Shown here one piece after another: positions 1 through 9,262 of a DNA stretch of 64,000 nt. This DNA comes from Leptospiraceae bacterium (GTDB taxonomy: Bacteria > Spirochaetota > Leptospiria > Leptospirales > Leptospiraceae). The position numbers were made by a program, and so were the translations under genes. Position 1 is the stretch's first letter; the number at the start of each line of letters is the position of its first letter. A model generated the notes under the pieces. That model did not search any database, was not told where the DNA came from, and saw only the letters and a list, made by a program, of their open reading frames with translations. Where the stretch lies: NCBI GenBank assembly GCA_024233865.1, contig JACKPA010000012.1:64001-128000 (forward strand). The letters run 5' to 3'.

Positions 1-813
1 CTTGATCCTTTTCTTGTGAAAGCTCCGAAATCCCAAGAAGGAGGTTACTTGATCACATCTCCCGAGTATTCTCTAAAACAAGCTCTCTCTATGGGTTTAG
101 AGAAGGTGTATGAAATTGCTCATGCTTTTCGTTCTGGAGAAAAAGGTGGAATACACACAAAAGAATTTCTTATGCTGGAATTTTACCAAACAGAAATCAA
201 TGAATTGGAATTGATGGACGTGTGTATTGAGTTTTTTTACTTTTTGAATTCCGAATTTAGAGACTTTGGTTTTGACAAAAATAACTGTCAGAAAGTCAAG
301 GTAGAAGATTTGTTTATCACTAACACGGGTAGTTCTTTTTCAAAATCGGAACTACTCCAAACGATTCAAAACAAAATGGATTATGATCCCAAAACCATTA
401 ACAATTTTTATTATGATGACCTTTTTTTTCTAGTCTTTTTGAATTTTATAGAACCACATCTTGACAAAGGACCAATTTTTGTTTATGACTATCCTGAAGA
501 ATTGGCATCTCTTGCTAAGGTAGAAAACAATAGAGCTAAAAGGTTTGAAATTTATTGGAACCGGGTTGAGTTAGGGAATGCTTTTTTTGAGAATATATCC
601 CAAGAAGTCCAAGTAGACAGATTCAAAGAGGAACAAAACAGAAGAAAAGAACTGGGAAAAGAAGTATTTCCTATAAATAGAGATTTTCTTTTAACACTGG
701 AAAGGGGTTTACCCGTTTCTTCCGGAATTTCCATTGGTTTGGACAGACTGCTTATGATCATACTTGGACACAATGACCTGAGACATCTAAGCCCTTATTG
801 GGGAAGGAAATAA
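1..813 (+). CDS. Class II aaRS-like catalytic domain, EpmA (EF-P lysine ligase)/LysRS-like; 5' end cut by window edge
   Basis: ORF open to position 1. Motif 2-like FRSGEKGGIHTKEFLMLEFYQ and motif 3-like GIGLDRLLMII are typical of the LysRS/EpmA family. The 265 aa in the window would fit EpmA (~325 aa) with ~60 aa upstream. Confidence 0.55.
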   Translation, partial: LDPFLVKAPKSQEGGYLITSPEYSLKQALSMGLEKVYEIAHAFRSGEKGGIHTKEFLMLEFYQTEINELELMDVCIEFFYFLNSEFRDFGFDKNNCQKVKVEDLFITNTGSSFSKSELLQTIQNKMDYDPKTINNFYYDDLFFLVFLNFIEPHLDKGPIFVYDYPEELASLAKVENNRAKRFEIYWNRVELGNAFFENISQEVQVDRFKEEQNRRKELGKEVFPINRDFLLTLERGLPVSSGISIGLDRLLMIILGHNDLRHLSPYWGRK

Positions 814-903
814 ACAGAAGTCAATCCCGAATTTACAAAAAAGGTAAAGATGCAAAAGAAGAAGGCTTATGGGTGGTTGCGGATAAGTCTTTGGTGATTC
901 ATA

Positions 904-2028
904 TCAATACCACAATCGAAAACCAAAAGTATACTGCAAGTTCATTCCTCCTGATTTGTAGTTATGACTTCGGACATAATAGATATTAGAGTAAAAGTTT
1001 AAATAAGCACTATCCCCTTTTGTTTGTACTTTGACAGGCTCATAAGGGTGAAACAAAAACAGGTCTGCAATATTCCACAAATAAAAGCCAAGCAGAATGT
1101 TTGAAACTTGATTCAATCTTGTTGTAGCTTGCTCTACTTGAGTATATTTCTGCTCGCTTTCTGCAAAATTTACAATTTGCAAAGGATTACTTCTCGGTAT
1201 CAAAAACGTCGTATTAATGCTTTCGTTATATTCAGCCAGTTTTTGATTATAATCTTTGTTTGTTTGGTAGTAGGCAACCAACAGTGCTATTGCTATAGCC
1301 GGATATACTTTTAATTTCCATTTTTCTTTTGTACCACATTGGTTTGATCTATGGTATTGCCCCCAACCGGGAACTACAGCAGACCTCCAAAGTGGCTCAT
1401 ATAGGGAACATCTTGTAAATTTATCTCTTTCTTTTACAACTATAAATCGCTTTTTTTGATAGGTTTTATTGTGAGGATTTTCCAAAACCAAGTCATACTC
1501 GCCAATGGATGCGTCTTCCACACCTAAAGTAGCTTCCAGTTTATTTTTAGTAATAAATTGAACGTCTTTTACGGGAAGACTTCCTTTGGAAGACAGGATT
1601 TGAACCTTAGTATCTTGAACAAAATTCTCACCTTCCAAAACAATATTTTTGGTTCCAACTTCTTTCTCTATATAAACCGTATCCTCATTTGTTAATCTGG
1701 GGACAGCACTAATTGTAACTTCAAAAGAAACCCAGTCTGTCCACGTTTTGGCTACTCCAAATTTATTCAAAACTCCAATTCTATGCTCATACATCCCCGG
1801 TTCAACATCCTTACCTAATTCATAAGAATTGGTTGTCACTTTTTTATCCAATATTATTTTTTGAGATTCGTTCCTTACTTGAACCTTATAGCCAGAAGCA
1901 TTTTTAATTGCTTCCCACTTGAGTTCTTGCGAGCTCGAATCAAATAAAAAGAGAAATATAACCATGATTAATAAATATTTAAAAAATTGGTAATATAATT
2001 TTTTCATTTCGCATCTTACATTATTCAA
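904..2028 (-). CDS. Secreted/membrane hypothetical protein with FN3-like beta-sandwich
   Basis: N-terminal hydrophobic signal (LLIMVIFLFLF). Motif 'GYKVQVRN' is typical of FN3-like folds. Stop overlaps the start region of the upstream gene, suggesting an operon. Confidence 0.45.
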   Translation of the reverse strand: MNNVRCEMKKLYYQFFKYLLIMVIFLFLFDSSSQELKWEAIKNASGYKVQVRNESQKIILDKKVTTNSYELGKDVEPGMYEHRIGVLNKFGVAKTWTDWVSFEVTISAVPRLTNEDTVYIEKEVGTKNIVLEGENFVQDTKVQILSSKGSLPVKDVQFITKNKLEATLGVEDASIGEYDLVLENPHNKTYQKKRFIVVKERDKFTRCSLYEPLWRSAVVPGWGQYHRSNQCGTKEKWKLKVYPAIAIALLVAYYQTNKDYNQKLAEYNESINTTFLIPRSNPLQIVNFAESEQKYTQVEQATTRLNQVSNILLGFYLWNIADLFLFHPYEPVKVQTKGDSAYLNFYSNIYYVRSHNYKSGGMNLQYTFGFRLWY

Positions 2029-4117
2029 TATAAAGTTTTTTAGGTGTATAGACCTCCGGCACCTTAAATTGTTCTTCTGGCAGTATTAACCTAAAACTAC
2101 TTTTGATCGGTTTCGTTTTAACAATTTCTCCGTCTTGCTTTTTGTAAACCGAAGATAATGTCCATACGTATTCACCACTATGAAGTCCTTCATAGTTTTT
2201 CAATTCCATTTTTGGTTTTTGAGATTGGATTTTGGATAAAAGTTTATTCTGCTTTTCTTTATCATAAAGTTCAATGTCGTAATACAAAACTTGACCTTGT
2301 TCTTTCCAATCAAACACAAGCCTTTGTACTTTTTGCATATTTACTTCTTCACCTTTTGTTGGGTAAATAGGAGAAGGAGATTGTAAAATTTTTGAAATTT
2401 GAAATTTGTTTATAACGCTCTGAGACAACTTTATATTTTCGACAAATTGTGTAGTTCTCCAATGGTATATGCCTGGTTTATCTAGTAAAATATTTGTGGC
2501 AACATTTGCCGTTTTAACCGAATAAATAACGTTTTCAAAATTTTTATCTTGAGATACTTCAACTAGAAAGTAGCCTCTTGTGTTTGTTTTTTTCCACCTA
2601 AGTTGTACACCTTGGTTGGCTTCAGGGTAGAGGCTACTACCATCACTAGGATACTCCAATTGTAATTTTTCAGAAACCTTAATCTGAAAAGAAAAAGCTT
2701 TCGAAAAGACAGTCTCTATACCACCATTGGTTTTTCCCTTCACCCTCCAGTAATAACTTTTTCCTATATCCGTAGCAAATTTTTCTTTAATAAAGTTTTT
2801 ACTAAGTTTACTCTCAAAAATGATATTCTGAAACTGACTGTCTTTAGCAACCTGGAATGTATACTCCTTTAAAAAAGAAGAATCTTCCCAGTTGAAAAGA
2901 AGTTCAGCGTTTACAATCAATTTTTGATCCACTTCCTGGTTGTTGGAGGGATTGAGTAACGCAGGTGGCGGAACCTTCGTTTTTTTGACTATTTGAAAAT
3001 AAATGACTGGTGAACTTTCCGGTTCCATTCCACGAATGTTATAATTCCGGATAACTTTAGCATAGTATTTTCCCTCTTTTAGATTCCTAACTCCTAAAAA
3101 GGTCTCTAGTGTATTGGAATCATAAACCGTTTTCTCAAAACCACTCGTCTGAGAAAGCAAAAGCCTGTAAGACGAATCTAGCTCTCCCCTTTTCCAAGAA
3201 AAGATAATAAAGGGCGGTGAGTCTATATAATAAATTGTATCTTTATCCTTAGGAGAAGTCAATCGCAAAGGACTTGTTTCAACCACAAAAAACTTTCTAA
3301 CTTCACTGTATTCTTCTTTAACAGAGTCCTTTTTAAAAACCCGCCAATAATAACGACCTTTATCCAAATTGATTCCAATACTATTTTGGTTTGTAGCCTT
3401 TCTCACAATAGTACTTCTAAAACTCATGCTTTTGGAGATTTCTATAGTAACATTTCCTTTTGAATTCCACTGAAAAGGAATAACGCTTCCTTTTTTATCT
3501 GACTTGAAATACTGGTTTCTCTCCGGACTTTGCAAAAAAATGGATGACTTTTCATTTTGAGCTTGTACGCTTTCCTTTCCGGCTGCTTTCAATAAGGTAA
3601 CTTTTCCATCTTTTAGCTTTCCGGATTCATTGTTAATTTTCAAATTGGAATCATTAGAAAGCCCCTCCCCTTCTACGGTCATCATACCATACTCAAAATT
3701 CACGTTGATATCTTTATCATTTATATCAATTCGAATCATGCTATTCTCATCCAATTTAATTTCTGCTCCACCGTTCAAGGTTAAAATGGCTTCCGAGTAT
3801 TCCGCAGTACGAATAGTATCTTTGTTGCGTATCGGTGTTGATTCCTTGATTTCTTTCCACACAACGCTTTTATCCGATCTTCTCTGTACAAGCTTATACT
3901 TAGCCTTCAGTTCACCTATCACAGGATTATCACCACCGTCTATTGCCGAACTTAAATTCAGGCATAACAATTTGGAAAAAATAATAATAACAAGAACTAA
4001 AAATAAAATTACATATTTTGTGTTATTTAAGTATCGCATTTTATTTCGTTGTTCTTGTAAATACCCCATCCCAATTCTGAGGTGGAGGACTCTGTCTATA
4101 GGTTTGGCATCTAGCAA
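2021..4117 (-). CDS. Large secreted repeat protein (multiple FN3/Ig-like modules with recurring 'YYWRV' motif)
   Basis: Signal peptide after internal Met (MRYLNNTKYVILFLVLVIII), so the likely true start is ~4039, just after the cyclase stop. 'G(K/R)YYWRV' recurs three times. Confidence 0.45.
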   Translation of the reverse strand: MLDAKPIDRVLHLRIGMGYLQEQRNKMRYLNNTKYVILFLVLVIIIFSKLLCLNLSSAIDGGDNPVIGELKAKYKLVQRRSDKSVVWKEIKESTPIRNKDTIRTAEYSEAILTLNGGAEIKLDENSMIRIDINDKDINVNFEYGMMTVEGEGLSNDSNLKINNESGKLKDGKVTLLKAAGKESVQAQNEKSSIFLQSPERNQYFKSDKKGSVIPFQWNSKGNVTIEISKSMSFRSTIVRKATNQNSIGINLDKGRYYWRVFKKDSVKEEYSEVRKFFVVETSPLRLTSPKDKDTIYYIDSPPFIIFSWKRGELDSSYRLLLSQTSGFEKTVYDSNTLETFLGVRNLKEGKYYAKVIRNYNIRGMEPESSPVIYFQIVKKTKVPPPALLNPSNNQEVDQKLIVNAELLFNWEDSSFLKEYTFQVAKDSQFQNIIFESKLSKNFIKEKFATDIGKSYYWRVKGKTNGGIETVFSKAFSFQIKVSEKLQLEYPSDGSSLYPEANQGVQLRWKKTNTRGYFLVEVSQDKNFENVIYSVKTANVATNILLDKPGIYHWRTTQFVENIKLSQSVINKFQISKILQSPSPIYPTKGEEVNMQKVQRLVFDWKEQGQVLYYDIELYDKEKQNKLLSKIQSQKPKMELKNYEGLHSGEYVWTLSSVYKKQDGEIVKTKPIKSSFRLILPEEQFKVPEVYTPKKLYIE

Positions 4118-6137
4118 TCAGCATCACAGCTGCTTTGTCTACTTTTCCTTTTGTTTTTTGGGATTCCTCAAATTTATCAATGGCTCGATCCCAATTCCTG
4201 CTTAAGTAATAAACCATACCAGCATCGTACAAATCCGTTGCTCTTAAAACACTTTGTGTAACTTCATTTTTGGAACAAATCAGTTCATAAACTTTTACCG
4301 GTTCATTTTTTCCCTTTACACGCACCAAATCCAAAAGCCTGGTAAACATTTCGTTTGATATATTGTATTTTACACTTTCACTAATGAGTATATTTACACC
4401 ATAGTCTTTACCAGCCGCTTCCAAACGAGCCGCCAAATTTACCGTATCACCCATCATTGTATAAGAAGCAAGAGCATCCGTTCCCATAAAACCCACCTTT
4501 GCCAAACCGGTATTGAGTCCAATACGTATATCCATAGATTGAGCCTCTTTAGAATACATGTTTTTAGACTTCCAATATTCTCTCAACTCTTGCAATTTCC
4601 GAATCATTTCTAAAGAAGCGCGAGCAGCTTTTTTGCAATGCTCTTCTACATCCACAGGTGCATTAAAAATTCCTACAATTGCATCACCAATATATTTATC
4701 CAAAACTCCATCGTGTTTTTTGAGTATAATTGTCATAGCAGAGAGATATTCGTTTAGTAGTCCTGCAAGATCAACAGAAGACAACTGTTCGCTTATGGTA
4801 GAGAAACTCGCCACATCAGAAAAAAAAGCAGTTATTTCTTGCTCCTTGCCTCTTTTGAGAACTTGGAGGTCCTTCATAGCTTCTTCCACAACCGTTGGGT
4901 CGATCATACTGCCCAAAATATTTTTGACCTTTTCTCTTTCTTCTAAACCCAATCCCATAGAAACAAAGTGTTTTGTTAGTAGTCCGACTTCGTCTTTTGA
5001 TTGTGGTTTTATATCTACTCGAAAATTTCCTTTTGTGATTTCTAAAGTTGCGGCAAGCAATGCCAAAATAGGAAGTGAAATCGTCTTGGCAAATAGATAC
5101 ACCACTATCAAAGCCACACAAAGAGAGATCACCATGATAAAAATGTTCCTATTTTGGATCATGTAAACGGCTTCAAAAGCTTTGTCTTCTGGAATAGTTG
5201 CCAAAATACCACTATTGGCAAACCCCAATTTTCGATATGAAACCAAATATCTTTTTCCACTTTCCTTTTCGATATAATCAAACTGTCCGTTATTCACTTT
5301 ACTGGTAAACGCACTTTGAACCGTATTGGTGTCCATAAAATTTGAACCGCTTAAGGTGACGGAACTATCCGGATGAGCAATCACAATCCCCTTATGATTT
5401 ACCATAAAAACGGTAGTAATACCTCTTTCCTTAAAAACGCTAATAATTCGTTCTAATTTTACAATTACAACCAATATCGTATTAATCTCTGTTTCTTCGG
5501 AAGAAGGTAAACTAATGGCAAAAATCGGATGAGAAGCACTTTGACTCATGTTGTGTAAAATAGACATTCCATAAAAAGATTCCATAAAAGAAGAACGTTT
5601 GGCTTGAATCAAATCTTCAAAAGATTCCTTTGTCATATTAAACTCATCCATTTCCAATTGATTATAGATCGTTTTTATGGGAACTAACGTTTCATTCTCT
5701 TTTTTATACAGTCCCAAAAACAAGAAATCTCGATCATTGGCAAAAAAATGCTCCATCCACGAGTTTTTGTCCGCGGCTGAAACTTTGGAATCATTTAGCG
5801 TTTTAACTAGTTGTAAAGATTTGTCTAATATAGATTGAACATCCGACTTTATCTTCTCCCCTATGGTATTTACCAGATCAATACTATTTTCTCGAATTCT
5901 TAGATCAATTTCTCGTTTAAAAAAAAATGTTGCAAGAATAATTATGATAGAAAGCGTTACCCCAAAAATAGCAGAAATAACAACCATCAACTTGACCTGA
6001 ATAGACCACTTAGGGGCTTCTGCCTCAATTTTCGGATCGTTTAACTGAGTAAGTAAAAATTTTAGCTTGTAATCAAAAACTTTTTTAAAATTTCTGATCA
6101 TTATGGAATCTAATACCATAAATAGTATTCTAATCAT
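4041..6137 (-). CDS. Class III adenylate/guanylate cyclase with extracellular sensor and HAMP domain; TPR-like C-terminus
   Basis: Two TM segments flank a ~280-aa periplasmic region, followed by a HAMP-like segment. Cyclase core: IRIGLNTG...GDTVNLAARLE...VNILISESV. The C-terminal segment is TPR-like, ending MLIARCQTYRQ. Confidence 0.8.
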   Translation of the reverse strand: MIRILFMVLDSIMIRNFKKVFDYKLKFLLTQLNDPKIEAEAPKWSIQVKLMVVISAIFGVTLSIIIILATFFFKREIDLRIRENSIDLVNTIGEKIKSDVQSILDKSLQLVKTLNDSKVSAADKNSWMEHFFANDRDFLFLGLYKKENETLVPIKTIYNQLEMDEFNMTKESFEDLIQAKRSSFMESFYGMSILHNMSQSASHPIFAISLPSSEETEINTILVVIVKLERIISVFKERGITTVFMVNHKGIVIAHPDSSVTLSGSNFMDTNTVQSAFTSKVNNGQFDYIEKESGKRYLVSYRKLGFANSGILATIPEDKAFEAVYMIQNRNIFIMVISLCVALIVVYLFAKTISLPILALLAATLEITKGNFRVDIKPQSKDEVGLLTKHFVSMGLGLEEREKVKNILGSMIDPTVVEEAMKDLQVLKRGKEQEITAFFSDVASFSTISEQLSSVDLAGLLNEYLSAMTIILKKHDGVLDKYIGDAIVGIFNAPVDVEEHCKKAARASLEMIRKLQELREYWKSKNMYSKEAQSMDIRIGLNTGLAKVGFMGTDALASYTMMGDTVNLAARLEAAGKDYGVNILISESVKYNISNEMFTRLLDLVRVKGKNEPVKVYELICSKNEVTQSVLRATDLYDAGMVYYLSRNWDRAIDKFEESQKTKGKVDKAAVMLIARCQTYRQSPPPQNWDGVFTRTTK

Positions 6138-6302
6138 AAAACAACAAGTTAGGCAACATTTTTTTATTCTCCGAGTTGTTTCTTAGAAGTTTATTTATGG
6201 TTTTTTATGAGACATATTCCTAAGTGTATTTAAATTATTGACGATAAATATAGTCTCATAAACAATTTTAAATTACAGATATCTCTAAAAAGGAATAGCA
6301 CT

Positions 6303-6602
6303 TTGAAAAATTTTTACTTATTTGCATATATTTCTATCATTTTAGTATCAAATTGCTTTCACAATAGAGTAACCTATGATCGAAATGCAACTCCAGGAGA
6401 CAAAAAAGAAATTAAAACTCACTTTTTTTTAGTAGGATTGTATCCTGATAGAAAATTCTCAGTGGAAGAATTATGCGGAAAAGACGGGATTTACCAAGTG
6501 CACGATATGACAAATTTTGAAGACGGGCTTTTAAGCTGCTTGACTTTTGGAATTTATACCCCTAGAACTTTAGAAGTAACTTGTATTAGGCAAAACAAAT
6601 GA
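6303..6602 (+). CDS. Small lipoprotein (hypothetical)
   Basis: Signal plus lipobox-like LVSNC. Confidence 0.35.
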   Translation: MKNFYLFAYISIILVSNCFHNRVTYDRNATPGDKKEIKTHFFLVGLYPDRKFSVEELCGKDGIYQVHDMTNFEDGLLSCLTFGIYTPRTLEVTCIRQNK

Positions 6603-7147
6603 AATTCTTTTTCACAACATCTTTCGCTACAACATTATTGATCATAAGTCTTATTGCTCTTTTTATATCAAACTGTTTCACCACAGAAATTATTGACGAA
6701 AACAAACCACAACAGATTAAAAAATCAGGTGGAGAAGACTGGTACAAATCTTATTTATTAGGTTTTATTGATTCAGAAGAAAAGATGGGCACAATTGCCA
6801 ACTGCCCTACCGGTGTTAGTCGGGTTGTATTAAAAAAAAGTGCTTCTAATACTTTTGCTGAGCTTGGTCTTCAGTGTATAAGCTACATCGTATCTCCTAT
6901 TGCACTAACATTCCGAACAAACGAAATTTACTGCGTTACTCCACAAAAAACCACAAAAGTAAAATCCAAAAAAGAAGAAGAAATGATTCAAAAAGGCTTT
7001 ACGGATACCGTAATTTTAAAAAATGGAACGACGTTTAAAAATGTAAAATCCATTAAAACGGAGGACTCTGTTATTGTCCAATCTCAAATAGGTCAAACTC
7101 TTACCTTTAAACTAGCTGAGGTATTTGATATTCAAAGCTCGGAATAA
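6599..7147 (+). CDS. Lipoprotein (hypothetical)
   Basis: Signal plus lipobox-like LFISNC. Start overlaps the previous stop by 4 bp (ATGA). Confidence 0.4.
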   Translation: MKFFFTTSFATTLLIISLIALFISNCFTTEIIDENKPQQIKKSGGEDWYKSYLLGFIDSEEKMGTIANCPTGVSRVVLKKSASNTFAELGLQCISYIVSPIALTFRTNEIYCVTPQKTTKVKSKKEEEMIQKGFTDTVILKNGTTFKNVKSIKTEDSVIVQSQIGQTLTFKLAEVFDIQSSE

Positions 7148-7186
7148 ATTCCTTTTCTCAATAACCCTTCTTTATATACCTATAAC

Positions 7187-8146
7187 TTAAAGAAAATTCC
7201 TTTGGTAGATTAAAAAGATTGTATAAGATGCGTAGAATACCAAAAATACAATTCCTGCAAATTTATCGAATTTTTCCTGAGTTTTCATCAAACCCACCAA
7301 TAATAGTGTAGATAAAATCAATACCCATGAGTCCCTTTGCAAAAACTCAGGGCTTATTGGGATTGGTTTTACCACTGCTGTTACACCTAAAATGCCTAAA
7401 ATATTAAAAAGATTACTTCCGACAACGTTTCCAAGAGCAATATCTGCTTCTTTCCGGTAAGCGGCAACAGCACTTGTTATCATTTCCGGCATAGAAGTAC
7501 CAACAGCAACAATAGTCAAACCAATAACCGCTTCGGATACTCCGTATATTTTTGCAAGAGCAACTGAACCTTCAACCAGTACATCGGAGCCGTAAGCTAA
7601 TGCCAATATTCCCATAAAAACGAGCAAGACTCCGTGCCACCATTTGTATTTTTCCAAAGATTTTAAGTCAACATCCACGTCTATATCTTCTTCCGGTTGT
7701 TTTCGAACTTTTTTAACCGTATACCAATTGTAAAAAATGATTGACCCAACGAGGAAAAGCCCTTCCAAACGATACAAAAAATCTCCCAAACAAAACAAAA
7801 CTAGTAAAACCGTATACAATAATAGCATAGGAGCATCAAATTTCAGGAGCTTTTTGTTGATATGGATCGGATAGATACAAGCCGTTAGACCAATGATCAA
7901 GAAAATATTACTAATATTACTCCCAATTACATTTCCAATGGCGATGTCAGAATGTCCGGATAACGCTGATTGAATACAAACAACCAACTCCGGAGCAGAA
8001 GTTCCCATAGACACTACGGTTAGTCCGATAACCAATGTAGAAAGCCCGAAGATTCTTGCCAAAATTACGCTCCCTCGAACCAATCCTTCCCCCCCTACCA
8101 ACAAAAGCAAAAGACCTCCAATAATTTTAGAAATAATAAGTATCAT
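7187..8146 (-). CDS. CaCA-family Na+/Ca2+ (cation/Ca2+) antiporter, YrbG-like
   Basis: Two alpha-repeat signatures, GNVIGSNISNIF and GNVVGSNLFNILGILG, in a ~10-TM protein with an acidic central loop (PEEDIDVDVD). Confidence 0.8.
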   Translation of the reverse strand: MILIISKIIGGLLLLLVGGEGLVRGSVILARIFGLSTLVIGLTVVSMGTSAPELVVCIQSALSGHSDIAIGNVIGSNISNIFLIIGLTACIYPIHINKKLLKFDAPMLLLYTVLLVLFCLGDFLYRLEGLFLVGSIIFYNWYTVKKVRKQPEEDIDVDVDLKSLEKYKWWHGVLLVFMGILALAYGSDVLVEGSVALAKIYGVSEAVIGLTIVAVGTSMPEMITSAVAAYRKEADIALGNVVGSNLFNILGILGVTAVVKPIPISPEFLQRDSWVLILSTLLLVGLMKTQEKFDKFAGIVFLVFYASYTIFLIYQRNFL

Positions 8147-8204
8147 AAATTCTCCTTGGGGATTTTAATGCACAAAAGTCATGGTTCCCTTCACCAGGAT
8201 CTGC

Positions 8205-9170
8205 TCACCATGGCACCGTACTCTTAAAGATATTTTCAACTATTTTGCTCTCAATATTTTCATATTGCTCATTAAAGTTTAATAGGTCTATGCTAGATTT
8301 ATAAATAGTTCTTAGTCCGAAATTCCCATATTCGCTTTTGACCCATTTACTTATTTGATATTTGGTCTCTTCTTCTCTATTTTTTTGTATTTTAATACTT
8401 AACATGAAGTCAAACAGTTCTCTGATACCGATTTGATTGATTACGCTTGTTTGAAATATTGGTGGAATTTCATGATTTAGAAACGTATCTTTTAAAAAAT
8501 CAAGGGAAGTTATAAGTGTATGGTAGCTTGCGGCAGCAAGCTCTTTTTCATCACATTTGTTGATAACAAAAGCATCCGGGACTTCCATAATTCCACTTTT
8601 CATAAATTGAATTTGATCACCCGCCAAAGGTTGTAAAATAAGAAAAGAATAATCCGTTAATTTGGACACTTCTATTTCATTTTGACCGATACCGACTGTC
8701 TCCACAATTACATAATCAAAAAAGTATCGCAATAACCGCAACACATGATAAGTAAATGGATTAAGCCCGCCAAGCTCTAGTTGACTGGGTTGAGAGCGAA
8801 AAAAAATGCGATTCTCTCTTGCCGGAATGGTTACTCTTGTTCGATCACCAAGTATGGAACCACCGCTAATATTGCTAGACGGATCAATGGCAAGTATTGC
8901 CAACCTTTTGTTTTGAGTGTGTTTCAAAAACTCTTGGCAAATCTGCCCGATCAAAGACGATTTACCAGCTCCTGGAGTACCTGTAAAACCTATGGTTATA
9001 CACTTTTTATCGGCTTGAGAGAAATTTTCTATTTCCTCAAATATAAATTTCCTAAACTCAAAAGAATCAATTCGTTCTATTTCCGAAATTAATTTTGCAA
9101 GAGGATACTTTTCTCCACTTGCGGTTTGTTTAATAAGATTTATTACTTGTTCTTTATCCACAGTTCCCAT
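8205..9170 (-). CDS. meaB: MeaB/ArgK-like G3E-family GTPase (methylmalonyl-CoA mutase chaperone)
   Basis: P-loop GFTGTPGAGKSSL. The size (321 aa) and overall pattern fit the G3E family. Confidence 0.7.
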   Translation of the reverse strand: MGTVDKEQVINLIKQTASGEKYPLAKLISEIERIDSFEFRKFIFEEIENFSQADKKCITIGFTGTPGAGKSSLIGQICQEFLKHTQNKRLAILAIDPSSNISGGSILGDRTRVTIPARENRIFFRSQPSQLELGGLNPFTYHVLRLLRYFFDYVIVETVGIGQNEIEVSKLTDYSFLILQPLAGDQIQFMKSGIMEVPDAFVINKCDEKELAAASYHTLITSLDFLKDTFLNHEIPPIFQTSVINQIGIRELFDFMLSIKIQKNREEETKYQISKWVKSEYGNFGLRTIYKSSIDLLNFNEQYENIESKIVENIFKSTVPW

Positions 9171-9262
9171 TTATATCATGATTAGAGTGATTTACATGAT
9201 TATTCACTTAACTTTAAAGGATTCTCTTAAAAAAAACTATATAAAGTAAAGCACTAAATGCC

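Noticed and set aside
4558-5166. 202-aa plus-strand ORF (and 4816-5121 minus-strand ORF) inside the adenylate cyclase gene
   Set aside because: Low-complexity translations fully embedded antisense or out of frame in a gene with clear domain signatures. The same reasoning applies to 3630-4205, 8781-9092, 15490-15862, 33068-33863, 35199-35474, 38122-38668, 49225-49827, 51193-51646, 54370-54666 and 55713-55985.
6195-6265. Inverted repeat TTTATGAGAC...GTCTCATAAA with TTGACG hexamer upstream of the 6303 lipoprotein gene
   Set aside because: A plausible promoter/operator, but the -10 element is weak and arm spacing (~40 bp) is unconvincing. Too speculative to list as a feature.
8181-8215. Possible degenerate R1 copy (CATGGTTCCCTTCACC...GCTCACCATGG) at the MeaB gene 3' end
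   Set aside because: Only partial similarity to the R1 arms. It overlaps the last codons of the MeaB-like gene and could be chance.
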